Assembly (NCBI GenBank): GCA_965200315.1
Contig: OZ241362.1
Location: 3,648,001 to 3,712,000 of the forward strand
Reading direction: 5' to 3'
Source of the DNA: Candidatus Latescibacterota bacterium
GTDB taxonomy: Bacteria; Latescibacterota; UBA2968; UBA8231
DNA length: 64,000 nucleotides
Shown here: piece by piece, positions 18,872 through 27,906 of the stretch
How positions within the stretch are numbered: position 1 is the stretch's first letter
Layout: every line of letters begins with the position of its first letter
Program-made: the position numbers and the translations under genes
The notes under the pieces: generated by a model
The model's database searches: none
What the model saw: the letters and a program-made list of their open reading frames with translations, nothing else
What the model was told of the DNA's origin: nothing

Positions 18872-20425
18872 TCAAGGGGGTACGCCGGGCGCCAACCCCA
18901 ACGGCCCCACTAGCTCGTCCAGCGCATCAGATAGCGGCTGCGGGTCCGCGAGGTCGGCGATGACAGCCGCCAAGAAAGCCACGCCGCCGCGACGAGCAAA
19001 ATCCGCAATCTGCGCGTAGCTCAGCTTGGGCAGGTCGGCTAGCTGCTCGCCGACTAAGTGCGCGAGCCGCTGCTCTAAAATCGGCGGTCGCTCGGCGTAC
19101 GGCATGTTCTTCAACAGCAGGATTAAGTCGTTGCGCGCTAGCACGCGCTCGCGGACTCCGTAGCCCAAGCGGCGGCAATAGCCGGCAAAATCGTCTAAGG
19201 CATCCTCGCGGCCTCCCGCTAAACCCAACGCATCCTCCCGCGCAAACAGGGTCGTCATTATGGTCTGCGCGATCAGATAGTGGCCCCGCACCGTGGGGTG
19301 CAGATACTCGGTGATGAGCGCGTCGCCGACCAAACCAGCCGGTGCTTGGGCGGCAAACGCCTGCTCCACATCGATCAAAATCGCCCCCGACTCAGCGGCC
19401 AAGGCGCGAAGGGCGAGGTTGAAGGGCGAACAGGCCCGCAGGTGAATGCCGTCTAAATCGCGGGCGCGCACAAACGCGGCTAGCGCCTGCGCTGAGTCCC
19501 CAGCCGCCTGGTGAGCCAAGCCCGCCTCAAAGTGCCAGGCCGCATGCTGCGGATGATCCGCCAGCGCAGCGTCCGGCGGCGGGACTGGCCCTTGCGAGCG
19601 CAGAGGATAAAATCCGGCCAAATTGGAAACCAGCGTACAGAGCGCGACCGGCACCTCGCGGGCGCGCAGCACTTTGAGCATCGCGGCCATATTGCGCTGA
19701 TAATGGGCCTCGGTCTGGCGGTGCGCCTCGTCCTCCAAGTAAATCGCGCGCTGCACCAAGTGTACGCCAAAAGACTCAACGGGTGCGGCCGGCCGCAGCG
19801 CGGCCGCAGCGTAGTGCAGCAGGCTGTCGAGCAAGTAGTAGGTCTTTGTCCTCTGTAGGAACATCTGCAACTGGATGAAGTACCAGTTGCCGCTCAGACG
19901 CGCAAACGGGGTCGCGGCCCCGTACGGCCCTACGAACTCGTTGTGGCCAGCGTAGATGAGCACCAAATCCGGCTCGTGCGCGACCACTTCCTCGACAAAT
20001 TCTCGCATGACAAAGGAATTGATGGCCGTGACGCCGCAGTTGACGACCTCGATCTGGCGCGCTGGATACGCATCGGCGAGCATCTGTTGCAAGAAGTTGG
20101 GAAACGAGGTATAGGCGGGGTTGGGGAAGCCGAGCAGGGTCGAAGCTCCCAGCGCGAACACGCGGAACGTACGTGCGTCTTTGTCGCGGGCAAAGCGATC
20201 TTGCCCTGGGGCCAAGCGCACGTACTGGCGGGGGAAGAAGCGCCGCGCAGCTTGTGGGTTGATGCGGTAGGACGAGTCGCTGGCCGCAAAAAGGGCGTCG
20301 TCCGGCCCGACGCCCACCAGCCACAAGGCGGCCTCAAAGAGCGCGACCAACGACAAACCAATTAGGAAGGCTACGGCCCGACCTTTTGCTCTATTGGCCC
20401 TTTTTGCTTTGTTTGTCGCCTTCAT
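18872..20425 (-). CDS. Membrane-anchored SGNH/GDSL hydrolase-like protein with TPR segment
   Basis: N-terminal TM, RVFALGASTLLG, EVVNCG, YAGHNEFVG, EYLHPTVRGHYLIA, TPR-like HAAWHFEAG...ARDLD. Confidence 0.8.
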   Translation of the reverse strand: MKATNKAKRANRAKGRAVAFLIGLSLVALFEAALWLVGVGPDDALFAASDSSYRINPQAARRFFPRQYVRLAPGQDRFARDKDARTFRVFALGASTLLGFPNPAYTSFPNFLQQMLADAYPARQIEVVNCGVTAINSFVMREFVEEVVAHEPDLVLIYAGHNEFVGPYGAATPFARLSGNWYFIQLQMFLQRTKTYYLLDSLLHYAAAALRPAAPVESFGVHLVQRAIYLEDEAHRQTEAHYQRNMAAMLKVLRAREVPVALCTLVSNLAGFYPLRSQGPVPPPDAALADHPQHAAWHFEAGLAHQAAGDSAQALAAFVRARDLDGIHLRACSPFNLALRALAAESGAILIDVEQAFAAQAPAGLVGDALITEYLHPTVRGHYLIAQTIMTTLFAREDALGLAGGREDALDDFAGYCRRLGYGVRERVLARNDLILLLKNMPYAERPPILEQRLAHLVGEQLADLPKLSYAQIADFARRGGVAFLAAVIADLADPQPLSDALDELVGPLGLAPGVPP

Positions 20426-20440
20426 TAATCGTTAAAAAAC

Positions 20441-22390
20441 ATGGCTGAAATCGATTCTTCTCACAATGCGCCGGCCGCCGCCATTACGGGCCGGAGCATC
20501 CTCGTTGGCGCGGCACTGAGCTTGGTCATTGCCATCGGCGTTCCCTACGGCAGCATGGTCGTGCAAGGCTCGCGCCTTGGGCTGAGTTCGGCTACGCCAG
20601 CCGCGTTCTTTTTGCTGTTCGTCCTGCTGCTGACTGTCCAAGTCGCCTTGGGACGCTGGGGTTTTCGGCGCGGCGAGCTGGTCGTCATCTTCGCCATGAT
20701 GGCCGTCGCCACGGCCATCCCCACGCGCGGCGTGGTGGGGATGCTGCTGCCCATGATCACCGGCACCTTCTACTACGCCACGCCTGAAAACCAATGGGCC
20801 GACTTAGTCCACCCGTTTCTCTCCGATTGGATGGTGGTGTACGATCCGGCTGCGGTAAAGGCATTTTACGAGGGCACCAAAGGCTCGGCCATTCCCTACG
20901 AAGTCTGGCTCAAGCCGCTCGGGCGCTGGTTTGCGTTCTACGCGGCGTTTTACGCAACCATTATCGCGGCCATAAGCATCTTGCGCCGCCAGTGGGTTGA
21001 CAACGAGCGGCTCGTTTTTCCGCTGGCCCAAGTTCCGCTCGCCATGATCCAAGACGACGACGGCGAGCAAAAAAGCCTCAAACCCTTTTTTCGCAACCCC
21101 ATCATGTGGTGCGGCTTGCTGCTGCCCTTCTTGTTCAACAGCACCAACGCCCTGCATAACTACTTCAACTTCGTCCCCTCCCTCGCCCTCCAAACCAGCG
21201 TCGAGCTGTTCAGCCGCACGACCTCGCTCAACATCCGCATCAATTTCCTGATGTTCGGCTTTGCCTACTTTATCAACTCCAATATCGCCTTCAGCCTGTG
21301 GTTTTTCTACCTGCTGCACGTGATACAAGAAAGCATCTTCCGCTACATCGGCATCTTCAGCCCCGAGGAATTGGGGCCTTGGACCGGGTCGGGGCCAGTG
21401 GGCGCGATCATGGGGCATCAGATGATGGGTGCGCTCATCGTGTTGGTATTCTATGGGCTGTGGACGGCGCGGCCCCACCTCAAAAACGTCCTGCGCAAGG
21501 CCCTGTGGGGCGACGAGCGGATCGACGACTCTGCGGAGATTCTCTCCTATCGGGCCGCGTTTTGGCTCTTCGTCGGCGGCACCTGCGCGATGGGCTTCTG
21601 GCTGTGGAAGAGCGGGATACCGGCTTGGATCGTACCCTTTTTCCTGTTCTCGTCGCTGGTCATATTCATCGGCCTAGCGCGCGTCATCGCCGAGGCGGGG
21701 ATGCCCACCGTAACCCCGGAAATGGTCCCGGCCGGCTTTGTCGTCTCCGGCGTTGGGGTCCCGGCTCTCGGCGCACCGGGCATGGTCGCCACGGGCTACT
21801 CCTTCGTCTGGGCGGGCGACCTGCTGGTCTTTATGACCGCGCCCCTCGCCAACAGCCTGCGCTTGGGCAGCGCGATCAGCGGCACCCGGCGGCTTTTTTG
21901 GGCTATTGTCGCGGCCATACTCATCAGCCTCGTAGTCTCCTGCTGGTTCATGCTCTACCTCGCCTATCGCGACGGCGCACTCAACCTGCATCCCCAGTAC
22001 TTCACGGGCTTTGCCAGATACCCTTCGGACTTTGCCGCGCAAAAGCTCGCCAATCCCACGGAGCCGAGCCTCGTCGGGTGGCTGTGGACGGGTTTTGGTG
22101 CCCTGATCATGGGCGGTTTGATGACCGCCCGCCACTTCTTCGTGTGGTGGCCCTTTCACCCGCTCGGCTTTGCGGTGAGCGCCGGCTGGGTAATGAACAG
22201 CATCTGGTTTTCGATCTTTCTCGCCTGGCTCATCAAGATCACCGTCCTCAAATACGGCGGGCCCCGCACGTACCTCCTCACCCGCCCCTTTTTCGTCGGG
22301 GTCGTGCTCGGCCAGTTCGTCGCCGCCGGCCTGTGGCTAGTGGTGGACGGCTTCACCGGTATGGTTGGCAACCGAACACCTGTATATTAG
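20441..22390 (+). CDS. DUF6785/DUF6784-type multi-pass membrane protein (putative transporter)
   Basis: Many TM helices, ILRRQWVDNERLVFPLAQVP, WWPFHPLGF, WFSIFLAWLIK..VLKYGG....RPFFVG...G. Confidence 0.78.
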   Translation: MAEIDSSHNAPAAAITGRSILVGAALSLVIAIGVPYGSMVVQGSRLGLSSATPAAFFLLFVLLLTVQVALGRWGFRRGELVVIFAMMAVATAIPTRGVVGMLLPMITGTFYYATPENQWADLVHPFLSDWMVVYDPAAVKAFYEGTKGSAIPYEVWLKPLGRWFAFYAAFYATIIAAISILRRQWVDNERLVFPLAQVPLAMIQDDDGEQKSLKPFFRNPIMWCGLLLPFLFNSTNALHNYFNFVPSLALQTSVELFSRTTSLNIRINFLMFGFAYFINSNIAFSLWFFYLLHVIQESIFRYIGIFSPEELGPWTGSGPVGAIMGHQMMGALIVLVFYGLWTARPHLKNVLRKALWGDERIDDSAEILSYRAAFWLFVGGTCAMGFWLWKSGIPAWIVPFFLFSSLVIFIGLARVIAEAGMPTVTPEMVPAGFVVSGVGVPALGAPGMVATGYSFVWAGDLLVFMTAPLANSLRLGSAISGTRRLFWAIVAAILISLVVSCWFMLYLAYRDGALNLHPQYFTGFARYPSDFAAQKLANPTEPSLVGWLWTGFGALIMGGLMTARHFFVWWPFHPLGFAVSAGWVMNSIWFSIFLAWLIKITVLKYGGPRTYLLTRPFFVGVVLGQFVAAGLWLVVDGFTGMVGNRTPVY

Positions 22391-22402
22391 AAGGAAAAAT
22401 CT

Positions 22403-24046
22403 ATGCGCTCTCTGTACCCCCTCGCTATCACTATCGCCCTCGTGGCCTGCTCGCAGGAAAAAAATGCGCCCGTAGCGCGAGTCGATGAAGTGCCTATCTC
22501 AGGAGAGAGCCTGCGCTCTTTTGTCGAAAAGATGCCCGTAGGTTTGCGCCACCCCGAAGGCGGCGACGCGGCCCGGCGTCAGTACGTGCAATCGCTCATC
22601 GATCGCCAGCTAATCCTCAAAGAGGCCATAGCCCACGGGCTGGACACGCTGCGCTCGGTAAAACGCGCCGTTGATGAGGCTGTGGATGCGCGCGTCATCG
22701 CCCTGTACCGGGCACGCAACATAACCTCTCAGGTGCAAGTACCCGAAGAGGATGTGCGCCGCGTCTTTACCGAGGAAGGCTACCACCGCGAGCGCAAGCT
22801 CAACGCAATTTTGGTCCACACCCGCGCTGAAATCGAAGCGGCTGTGGCCGCGCTCGACGCCGGTCAACCCTTTACCGAGGTGGCCCGCTCCCACTCGCTC
22901 GACAAACGCTCGGCTGAACAGGGCGGCGAGTTGGGCTTTATTGGCCGCGAGGCCGCGCCCAGCCTGCATATCCCGGCCGAGGTCTTCAACACGCTGCCCT
23001 TGGCGGAAATATCTGCTCCTTTGCGCGCTGGCCGCAGTTGGCACATCGTCCGCTTCACCGAAGACCGCGACACGCCCTACGAGCGCTACCGGCCCCTCAT
23101 CGAGGAGCAGCTATTCAGAGAGCGTCTAGCCCAAGTTGAAGCCGAGCACTTTGAATCGCTCCGTGCGGCCGCCGAGGCAGCCCTCGACCGCGATGGACTG
23201 CAACTCATGCTCAGCGCGGCCCAGCGAGAAGACGGCGCACTGCTCGACACCTGTACTGCGCCGCTCTACACCTTTGCTGAGGGGCAAGCCACAGTCGCCG
23301 CGGCTTACAAGGCCCTGCGGCGGCTCAATGCCCAGCGCAGCCTCAAAGACAGTGCGCGTGCGAGCACCTCGCTAGACCGGCTGGTATTGCGGCCCCTCCT
23401 CCAGCGGCGCGCCGCCCGCGAACAGGACCTATACGACGACCTGGATGTCCAACGGCTGGCCAAGAGGGCCTACCAAGACGCGCTGCTCAACGCCGTGCGC
23501 AAGCGCTTCGCAGCCATCGAAATGCTCTCCGACGCCGAGGTATGGTCCTACTACGACAGCCATCCCGACATGTTTTATCACGAAGAATCCGTCGAGGTCG
23601 AAGAGCTGCTCGCGTCCAGCCCGGCCGAGGCCCAAGGGCTGAGCGATCAACTTGCTGCTGGCGCGAGTTTTGCCGATCTCGCCGACCGCAGTGTGCGCGC
23701 CCAAGCCGTCCAATCGCAAGCGCGCTTCCACTTCCATCCGCGCGACGAAAAGCTCTATCCGCGCCTAGTCCCGGCCATCTATGAGGCGGAACCCGGCCAG
23801 CTCGTCGGGCCGATTCGGGTGCGCGACGGGTACTCTATTTTCCGCGTCCAAGGACGCAATCCCGGCCGGGTCGAACCGTACGAGCAGGTCCAGCGCCGCG
23901 CCCGCGCTCTGCTGAGACGCGAGCGGGAAAACGCGGCCTTCACCAGCTTCGTCCAAGACTTGCGCCAGCGCTATCAGAGCCGAGTCGAGATCGACGAGCG
24001 CGCCCTCAAGGCCGCCCTGCCGGATTCGCTGGTCCAAGGCACCTGA
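22403..24046 (+). CDS. Peptidyl-prolyl cis-trans isomerase (PpiC/parvulin, SurA-like) lipoprotein
   Basis: Lipobox LVAC and two rotamase-like units (FTEVARSHSLD..SAEQGGELG...SAPL....WHIV; FADLA..S...GPIRVRDGYSIF). Confidence 0.85.
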   Translation: MRSLYPLAITIALVACSQEKNAPVARVDEVPISGESLRSFVEKMPVGLRHPEGGDAARRQYVQSLIDRQLILKEAIAHGLDTLRSVKRAVDEAVDARVIALYRARNITSQVQVPEEDVRRVFTEEGYHRERKLNAILVHTRAEIEAAVAALDAGQPFTEVARSHSLDKRSAEQGGELGFIGREAAPSLHIPAEVFNTLPLAEISAPLRAGRSWHIVRFTEDRDTPYERYRPLIEEQLFRERLAQVEAEHFESLRAAAEAALDRDGLQLMLSAAQREDGALLDTCTAPLYTFAEGQATVAAAYKALRRLNAQRSLKDSARASTSLDRLVLRPLLQRRAAREQDLYDDLDVQRLAKRAYQDALLNAVRKRFAAIEMLSDAEVWSYYDSHPDMFYHEESVEVEELLASSPAEAQGLSDQLAAGASFADLADRSVRAQAVQSQARFHFHPRDEKLYPRLVPAIYEAEPGQLVGPIRVRDGYSIFRVQGRNPGRVEPYEQVQRRARALLRRERENAAFTSFVQDLRQRYQSRVEIDERALKAALPDSLVQGT

Positions 24047-24049
24047 GTG

Positions 24050-25618
24050 ATGACCGCCCGCCTGCTTCGACTTGAGCTCAGCCGAAAATTGCTGATTCTG
24101 GGCGCAATCGCCTGCGCCGACCAACCTTCGGCTGAGCTCAGGTCGAAGCCCGACCCGCAAGACGCGGCGCGCCCCGAAGAAGCCCGCCGCTTGCTCCAGC
24201 GCGGTACGCTCTTCTTACAACAAGATCGGCCTGAACGCGCCTTAGCGGCACTTGAGCAAGCCGTAGCGCTCGATTCCGCGTCGAGCACCGCCCATTTTCA
24301 GAAGGGGCTAGCCCACGTGCGGCTCGACCAGCCCGCACTCGCCATTGCGGTTTTTGAACGCGCTTTGGCCCTGACGCCCGACGACTCGACTGAGCTCGCC
24401 GAAGTCCGGCCCCGCGCTCACTTTGCCCTTGCCGCGGTGCTGCGCGACCAGCACCGCTACCTAGAGGCCGCAAGCCATCTAGAGCAGGCCATCGCCCTCG
24501 CGCCCGAGCGCGCCAAATACCACTTCTATCTAGGCGAGGTGCGCCGCGCCACGGGTGATTTTGCGGGCGCGCTCGCGGCCTTCAACCGCACCATCGAACT
24601 CGCACCCGACGGCTCGACTGAGCTCGCCGAAGTCCACCTTGAAGCCCGCTACTACCACAGCGACCTGCTCGTGCGCAATCAGCAATTGTCCCAAGCGCGC
24701 ACGGGTTTTGCCGACCTGCTCGCCCGCGACCCCAACCACATTCAAGGCGGCTTAGGTCTAGGCGGCTTACTCATCCGCCTCGGCGAACCCACAGCAGCCA
24801 TTCCCGTGCTCCAGCGCGTCGCCGCGACCGACCCTCACAACCCCGCTCCCCACTACCTGCTGGCCCAAGCCTACGCCGAGTGCGACCGACCCGCCGATGC
24901 CCGCGATGCACAGGGCCGCTTCCAGCAGTTGAGCGCAGCCGAACGCCACCTCAATCAGGGCAACATCTACATTCGCCAACGCGCGTGGGACAAGGCGATC
25001 GACTCCCTGAAGCGCGCCCTCTCCAGCGACTCTACTTCGGTGGAAATTCGCCTGCGCCTCGCCACCGTGTACGCACAGCAAAAGCGCTTCGCCGACGCCC
25101 GCGCCATGCTGGAGCAAGTCCTCGCCCGCAACCCCGACGGCTCGACTGAGCTCGCCGAAGTCCACCGCGACGCCTACATCATGCTGGGCGACCTGTACTT
25201 GTACGAGGGTGTGCTCAAAGAAGCCAACGCGCACTTCGTCCGCGCCGTGGCGATTGATCCCGACTCCTTTGCCGCCGCCTATGGCTTGGGCCGCACGAAC
25301 TTCAAAAGCGGTGACTTTGCCGGAGCCGTTGCCGCGTTGCGCCAAGCCCTCGCCCGCAATCCCGACCACCGCGACGCCCACTACGTCCTCGGGCTGGCCT
25401 ATGTCCGCCGAGCTAACTACCGAGATGCCCACACCCATTTCGCCCGTAGCATTGCCCTCGACCCAGACCACGCGGAATCGCACTACGGGCTGGCGCTGAT
25501 CCTCCTGCAGCAAGGACAACGGGAAAAAGCGCGGCAAGCCCTGCAAAAGGTGCTTGCCCTCGCCCCGGATCACCAACGCGCCCGGGCCAAGCTAGGCGAG
25601 CTGGACCAAGCACCGTGA
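24050..25618 (+). CDS. Multi-TPR lipoprotein carrying five in-frame palindromic DNA inserts
   Basis: About 12 TPR-like units, lipobox AIAC, inserted peptides (D/G)STELAEV x3, LRLELSRK and PSAELRSK. Confidence 0.88.
   Translation: MTARLLRLELSRKLLILGAIACADQPSAELRSKPDPQDAARPEEARRLLQRGTLFLQQDRPERALAALEQAVALDSASSTAHFQKGLAHVRLDQPALAIAVFERALALTPDDSTELAEVRPRAHFALAAVLRDQHRYLEAASHLEQAIALAPERAKYHFYLGEVRRATGDFAGALAAFNRTIELAPDGSTELAEVHLEARYYHSDLLVRNQQLSQARTGFADLLARDPNHIQGGLGLGGLLIRLGEPTAAIPVLQRVAATDPHNPAPHYLLAQAYAECDRPADARDAQGRFQQLSAAERHLNQGNIYIRQRAWDKAIDSLKRALSSDSTSVEIRLRLATVYAQQKRFADARAMLEQVLARNPDGSTELAEVHRDAYIMLGDLYLYEGVLKEANAHFVRAVAIDPDSFAAAYGLGRTNFKSGDFAGAVAALRQALARNPDHRDAHYVLGLAYVRRANYRDAHTHFARSIALDPDHAESHYGLALILLQQGQREKARQALQKVLALAPDHQRARAKLGELDQAP
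24065..24086 (+). repeat. Palindromic element variant B, copy 1
   Basis: cttcgacttgagctcagccgaa, reverse complement (1 mismatch) of 24127-24148. Confidence 0.8.
24127..24148 (-). repeat. Palindromic element variant B, copy 2 (inverted partner)
   Basis: ttcggctgagctcaggtcgaag. Confidence 0.8.
24383..24406 (+). repeat. 24-bp coding palindromic element (STELAEV), copy A1
   Basis: gactcgactgagctcgccgaagtc following cccgac. Confidence 0.92.
24611..24634 (+). repeat. 24-bp coding palindromic element, copy A2
   Basis: ggctcgactgagctcgccgaagtc following cccgac. Confidence 0.92.
25139..25162 (+). repeat. 24-bp coding palindromic element, copy A3
   Basis: ggctcgactgagctcgccgaagtc between cccgac and caccgcgac. 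An empty equivalent site cccgaccaccgcgac lies at 25361. Confidence 0.92.
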
Positions 25619-27906
25619 GCCGCCGCTTCCGCGTCCTGTACTTGGCCAGCCTTTGCATCGGCTGCCAAGCCCCGCCCGAAGCCGAAAGCGATCGCGTCTA
25701 TGCCAAGGCCCTGAGCCTGCTGCACCAAGGGCAGTTCTCAGATTCCGAGGCCCTCTTCCGGCGCGTCGTCAGCTTGGCACCCGACAGCACGATTGCCCAG
25801 ATCCGCCTTGGCGAAGCCCTGCTCCGCCAAGGCCGGCGGCAGCGTGCGGCCCGCCTCCTCGACGAGCTGCCCGCGCCAGCGCACCAGCGGCCAGAAGCCC
25901 GCCTCCTCGAAGCGCGGCTCCTCGCCTTTGGCGGTTTTGCCCGCGAGGCCGAACTCGCCGTCAATGAAATCCTCGACCAACACCCCAACTCGCTCGATGG
26001 CCGCCTGCTGCTGGCTGAATTGTATTTGCAGGCCGCTGCCACCATGAACCTCGAGCGCGCCACGGCCCTGTGCAGCGAAGCACTATCCGCCCAACCCCAG
26101 CGCCGCGACGCACATTACCTGTTGCTCCAAGCCACGCTGCGCCTCGGCCGCTTTCCCGCAGCCTTGGAACGCAGCCGCTCGTTACTCGACGCCTATCCAA
26201 ACGATGGCCATGCCTATCTCTTGGCCGGTACCGCGGCCTTCTGGGCAGGAGACGACCGCGCCCGGCCTTGGCTCGAAGAAGCGGTCGATCTGTTGGAGTC
26301 AATAGATCGCCTAGAGGCCCTGTGGCTGCTCAAGCTGACCCACGAGCGGCAGGGCGAAGATGCACCGGCATTGCTGCCGCGCTATCGCTTTCCCCGGCGC
26401 GCCTCAGTGCCTGCAACAACCGACTTGCGCTTTGTCGATGTGGCCACGCACGTCGGCGTGGCCAAGAAAGATCGCGGCCGCGGCAGTGCTTGGCTCGACT
26501 TTGACGGCGATGGCGACTTCGATCTCTTCAGCGTGGGCATCCAAGCCGAACATTCGCTCTACCGCAACGATGGCGGCCAATTTCGCGATGTCGCCCAAGC
26601 AACCGGGCTAGCCGACGCGCGCGGCGGTTGGGCGGCGGCGAGCGCGGACTTTGACAACGACGGGGACGACGACCTGTTTGTCAGCCGCGACGCCTGGGAG
26701 GGCCGGGCACCCAACTCACTGTACCGCAACGACTCGGGTGCCTTCATCGACAGCGGGCGCGCGGGCGGCGTGGCCGACTCCAGCGACAGCTTTACGGCGG
26801 CTTGGCTCGACTTCGACGCCGACGGGTACCTCGATTTGTATGTGGCCAACGGCGTCACCGGTACGGGCGCGGCAAACGCCCTTCTGCACAACCAGCAAAA
26901 CGGCGCGTTCCGCAACGTGGCGGCGGCCGCTGCGGTCGCCGACTCAGGCCAGACCATTGGCACGGCCGCTGGCGACTTCGACGGCGATGGCCGCACCGAC
27001 CTGTACGCGGTCAACATCGGCCAGCGCAACCGCCTCTTTCGCAACCTCGGCGACGGCACCTTTGCCGATGTGGCCGAGCGCGCCGGCGTCCTTTTCCCGG
27101 TGGAAGGCGGGTATGTGGCGTTCTTCTTCGACCTTGACAACGACGGGCATCTCGACCTATTTGCTTCAACTATGAGTGCCTTTCCCGATGTCCTCAACAG
27201 CATGGTCACCGGTGAGGCTATTGAGCCCAACCGGCCCTTTCTCTATCTCAACATGGGCGACGGCACGTTTGCCGACATCGCGGTCGCTGCGGGACTCAAG
27301 CGTTCTTTCGGCAGCATGGGCGCGGGTCTCGGCGACATAGACAACGACGGTTTCATCGATATCTACCTCGCCAACGGCGGCCCGCAAATGGCCCGGCTCG
27401 AACCCAACGCGCTCTTCCGCAACATGGGCGACGGCACGTTTGCCGACATTACGGCCACCGCGGGCACCGGCAGCCTTGGCAAGGGCCACGGGGCCACCTT
27501 CGCCGACTTCGACCAAGACGGCGACTTGGATCTTTACGCTGGTTTGGGCGGCCACTACGACGCCGACACTTGGGACAACGCGCTCTATCGCAACGACGGC
27601 CCGGTGCAGCACTACCTGTCCATTGATCTTGTGGGCACACAGGCCAACCGCAGCGGGCTGGGTGCGCACGTTGCAGCCTTTGCCGCCGGCCGCGCCATCC
27701 GCGCCCAGCGCCAGAGCGGCTTTGGGTTCGGCAGCAGCAACGAGCCGCTCCTGCACCTCGGGTTGGGGTCGGCCACCCGCGTCGATAGCCTGCACGTACT
27801 CTGGCCCGGCCAGCCCCCACAACGCTTCTTTGACCTGCCCGTCGATTGCCGCATCCGCATCGCACAAAGCGCGGCGCACTACCAGATTCTCAGGAGGGCA
27901 CCATGA
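25615..27906 (+). CDS. TPR + FG-GAP/VCBS repeats + ASPIC/UnbV (CRTAC1-like) protein
   Basis: N-terminal TPRs, repeated DFDGDGDFDL / DFDNDGDDDL...LYRN.G, C-terminal GFGSSNEPLLHLGLG..TRVDSLHVLWPG. Confidence 0.9.
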   Translation: MSRRFRVLYLASLCIGCQAPPEAESDRVYAKALSLLHQGQFSDSEALFRRVVSLAPDSTIAQIRLGEALLRQGRRQRAARLLDELPAPAHQRPEARLLEARLLAFGGFAREAELAVNEILDQHPNSLDGRLLLAELYLQAAATMNLERATALCSEALSAQPQRRDAHYLLLQATLRLGRFPAALERSRSLLDAYPNDGHAYLLAGTAAFWAGDDRARPWLEEAVDLLESIDRLEALWLLKLTHERQGEDAPALLPRYRFPRRASVPATTDLRFVDVATHVGVAKKDRGRGSAWLDFDGDGDFDLFSVGIQAEHSLYRNDGGQFRDVAQATGLADARGGWAAASADFDNDGDDDLFVSRDAWEGRAPNSLYRNDSGAFIDSGRAGGVADSSDSFTAAWLDFDADGYLDLYVANGVTGTGAANALLHNQQNGAFRNVAAAAAVADSGQTIGTAAGDFDGDGRTDLYAVNIGQRNRLFRNLGDGTFADVAERAGVLFPVEGGYVAFFFDLDNDGHLDLFASTMSAFPDVLNSMVTGEAIEPNRPFLYLNMGDGTFADIAVAAGLKRSFGSMGAGLGDIDNDGFIDIYLANGGPQMARLEPNALFRNMGDGTFADITATAGTGSLGKGHGATFADFDQDGDLDLYAGLGGHYDADTWDNALYRNDGPVQHYLSIDLVGTQANRSGLGAHVAAFAAGRAIRAQRQSGFGFGSSNEPLLHLGLGSATRVDSLHVLWPGQPPQRFFDLPVDCRIRIAQSAAHYQILRRAP

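Noticed and set aside
27040-27450. Repeated ggcgacggcac(c/g)tttgccga segments as a mobile repeat
   Set aside because: Explained by FG-GAP/VCBS protein repeats (N.GDGTFAD).
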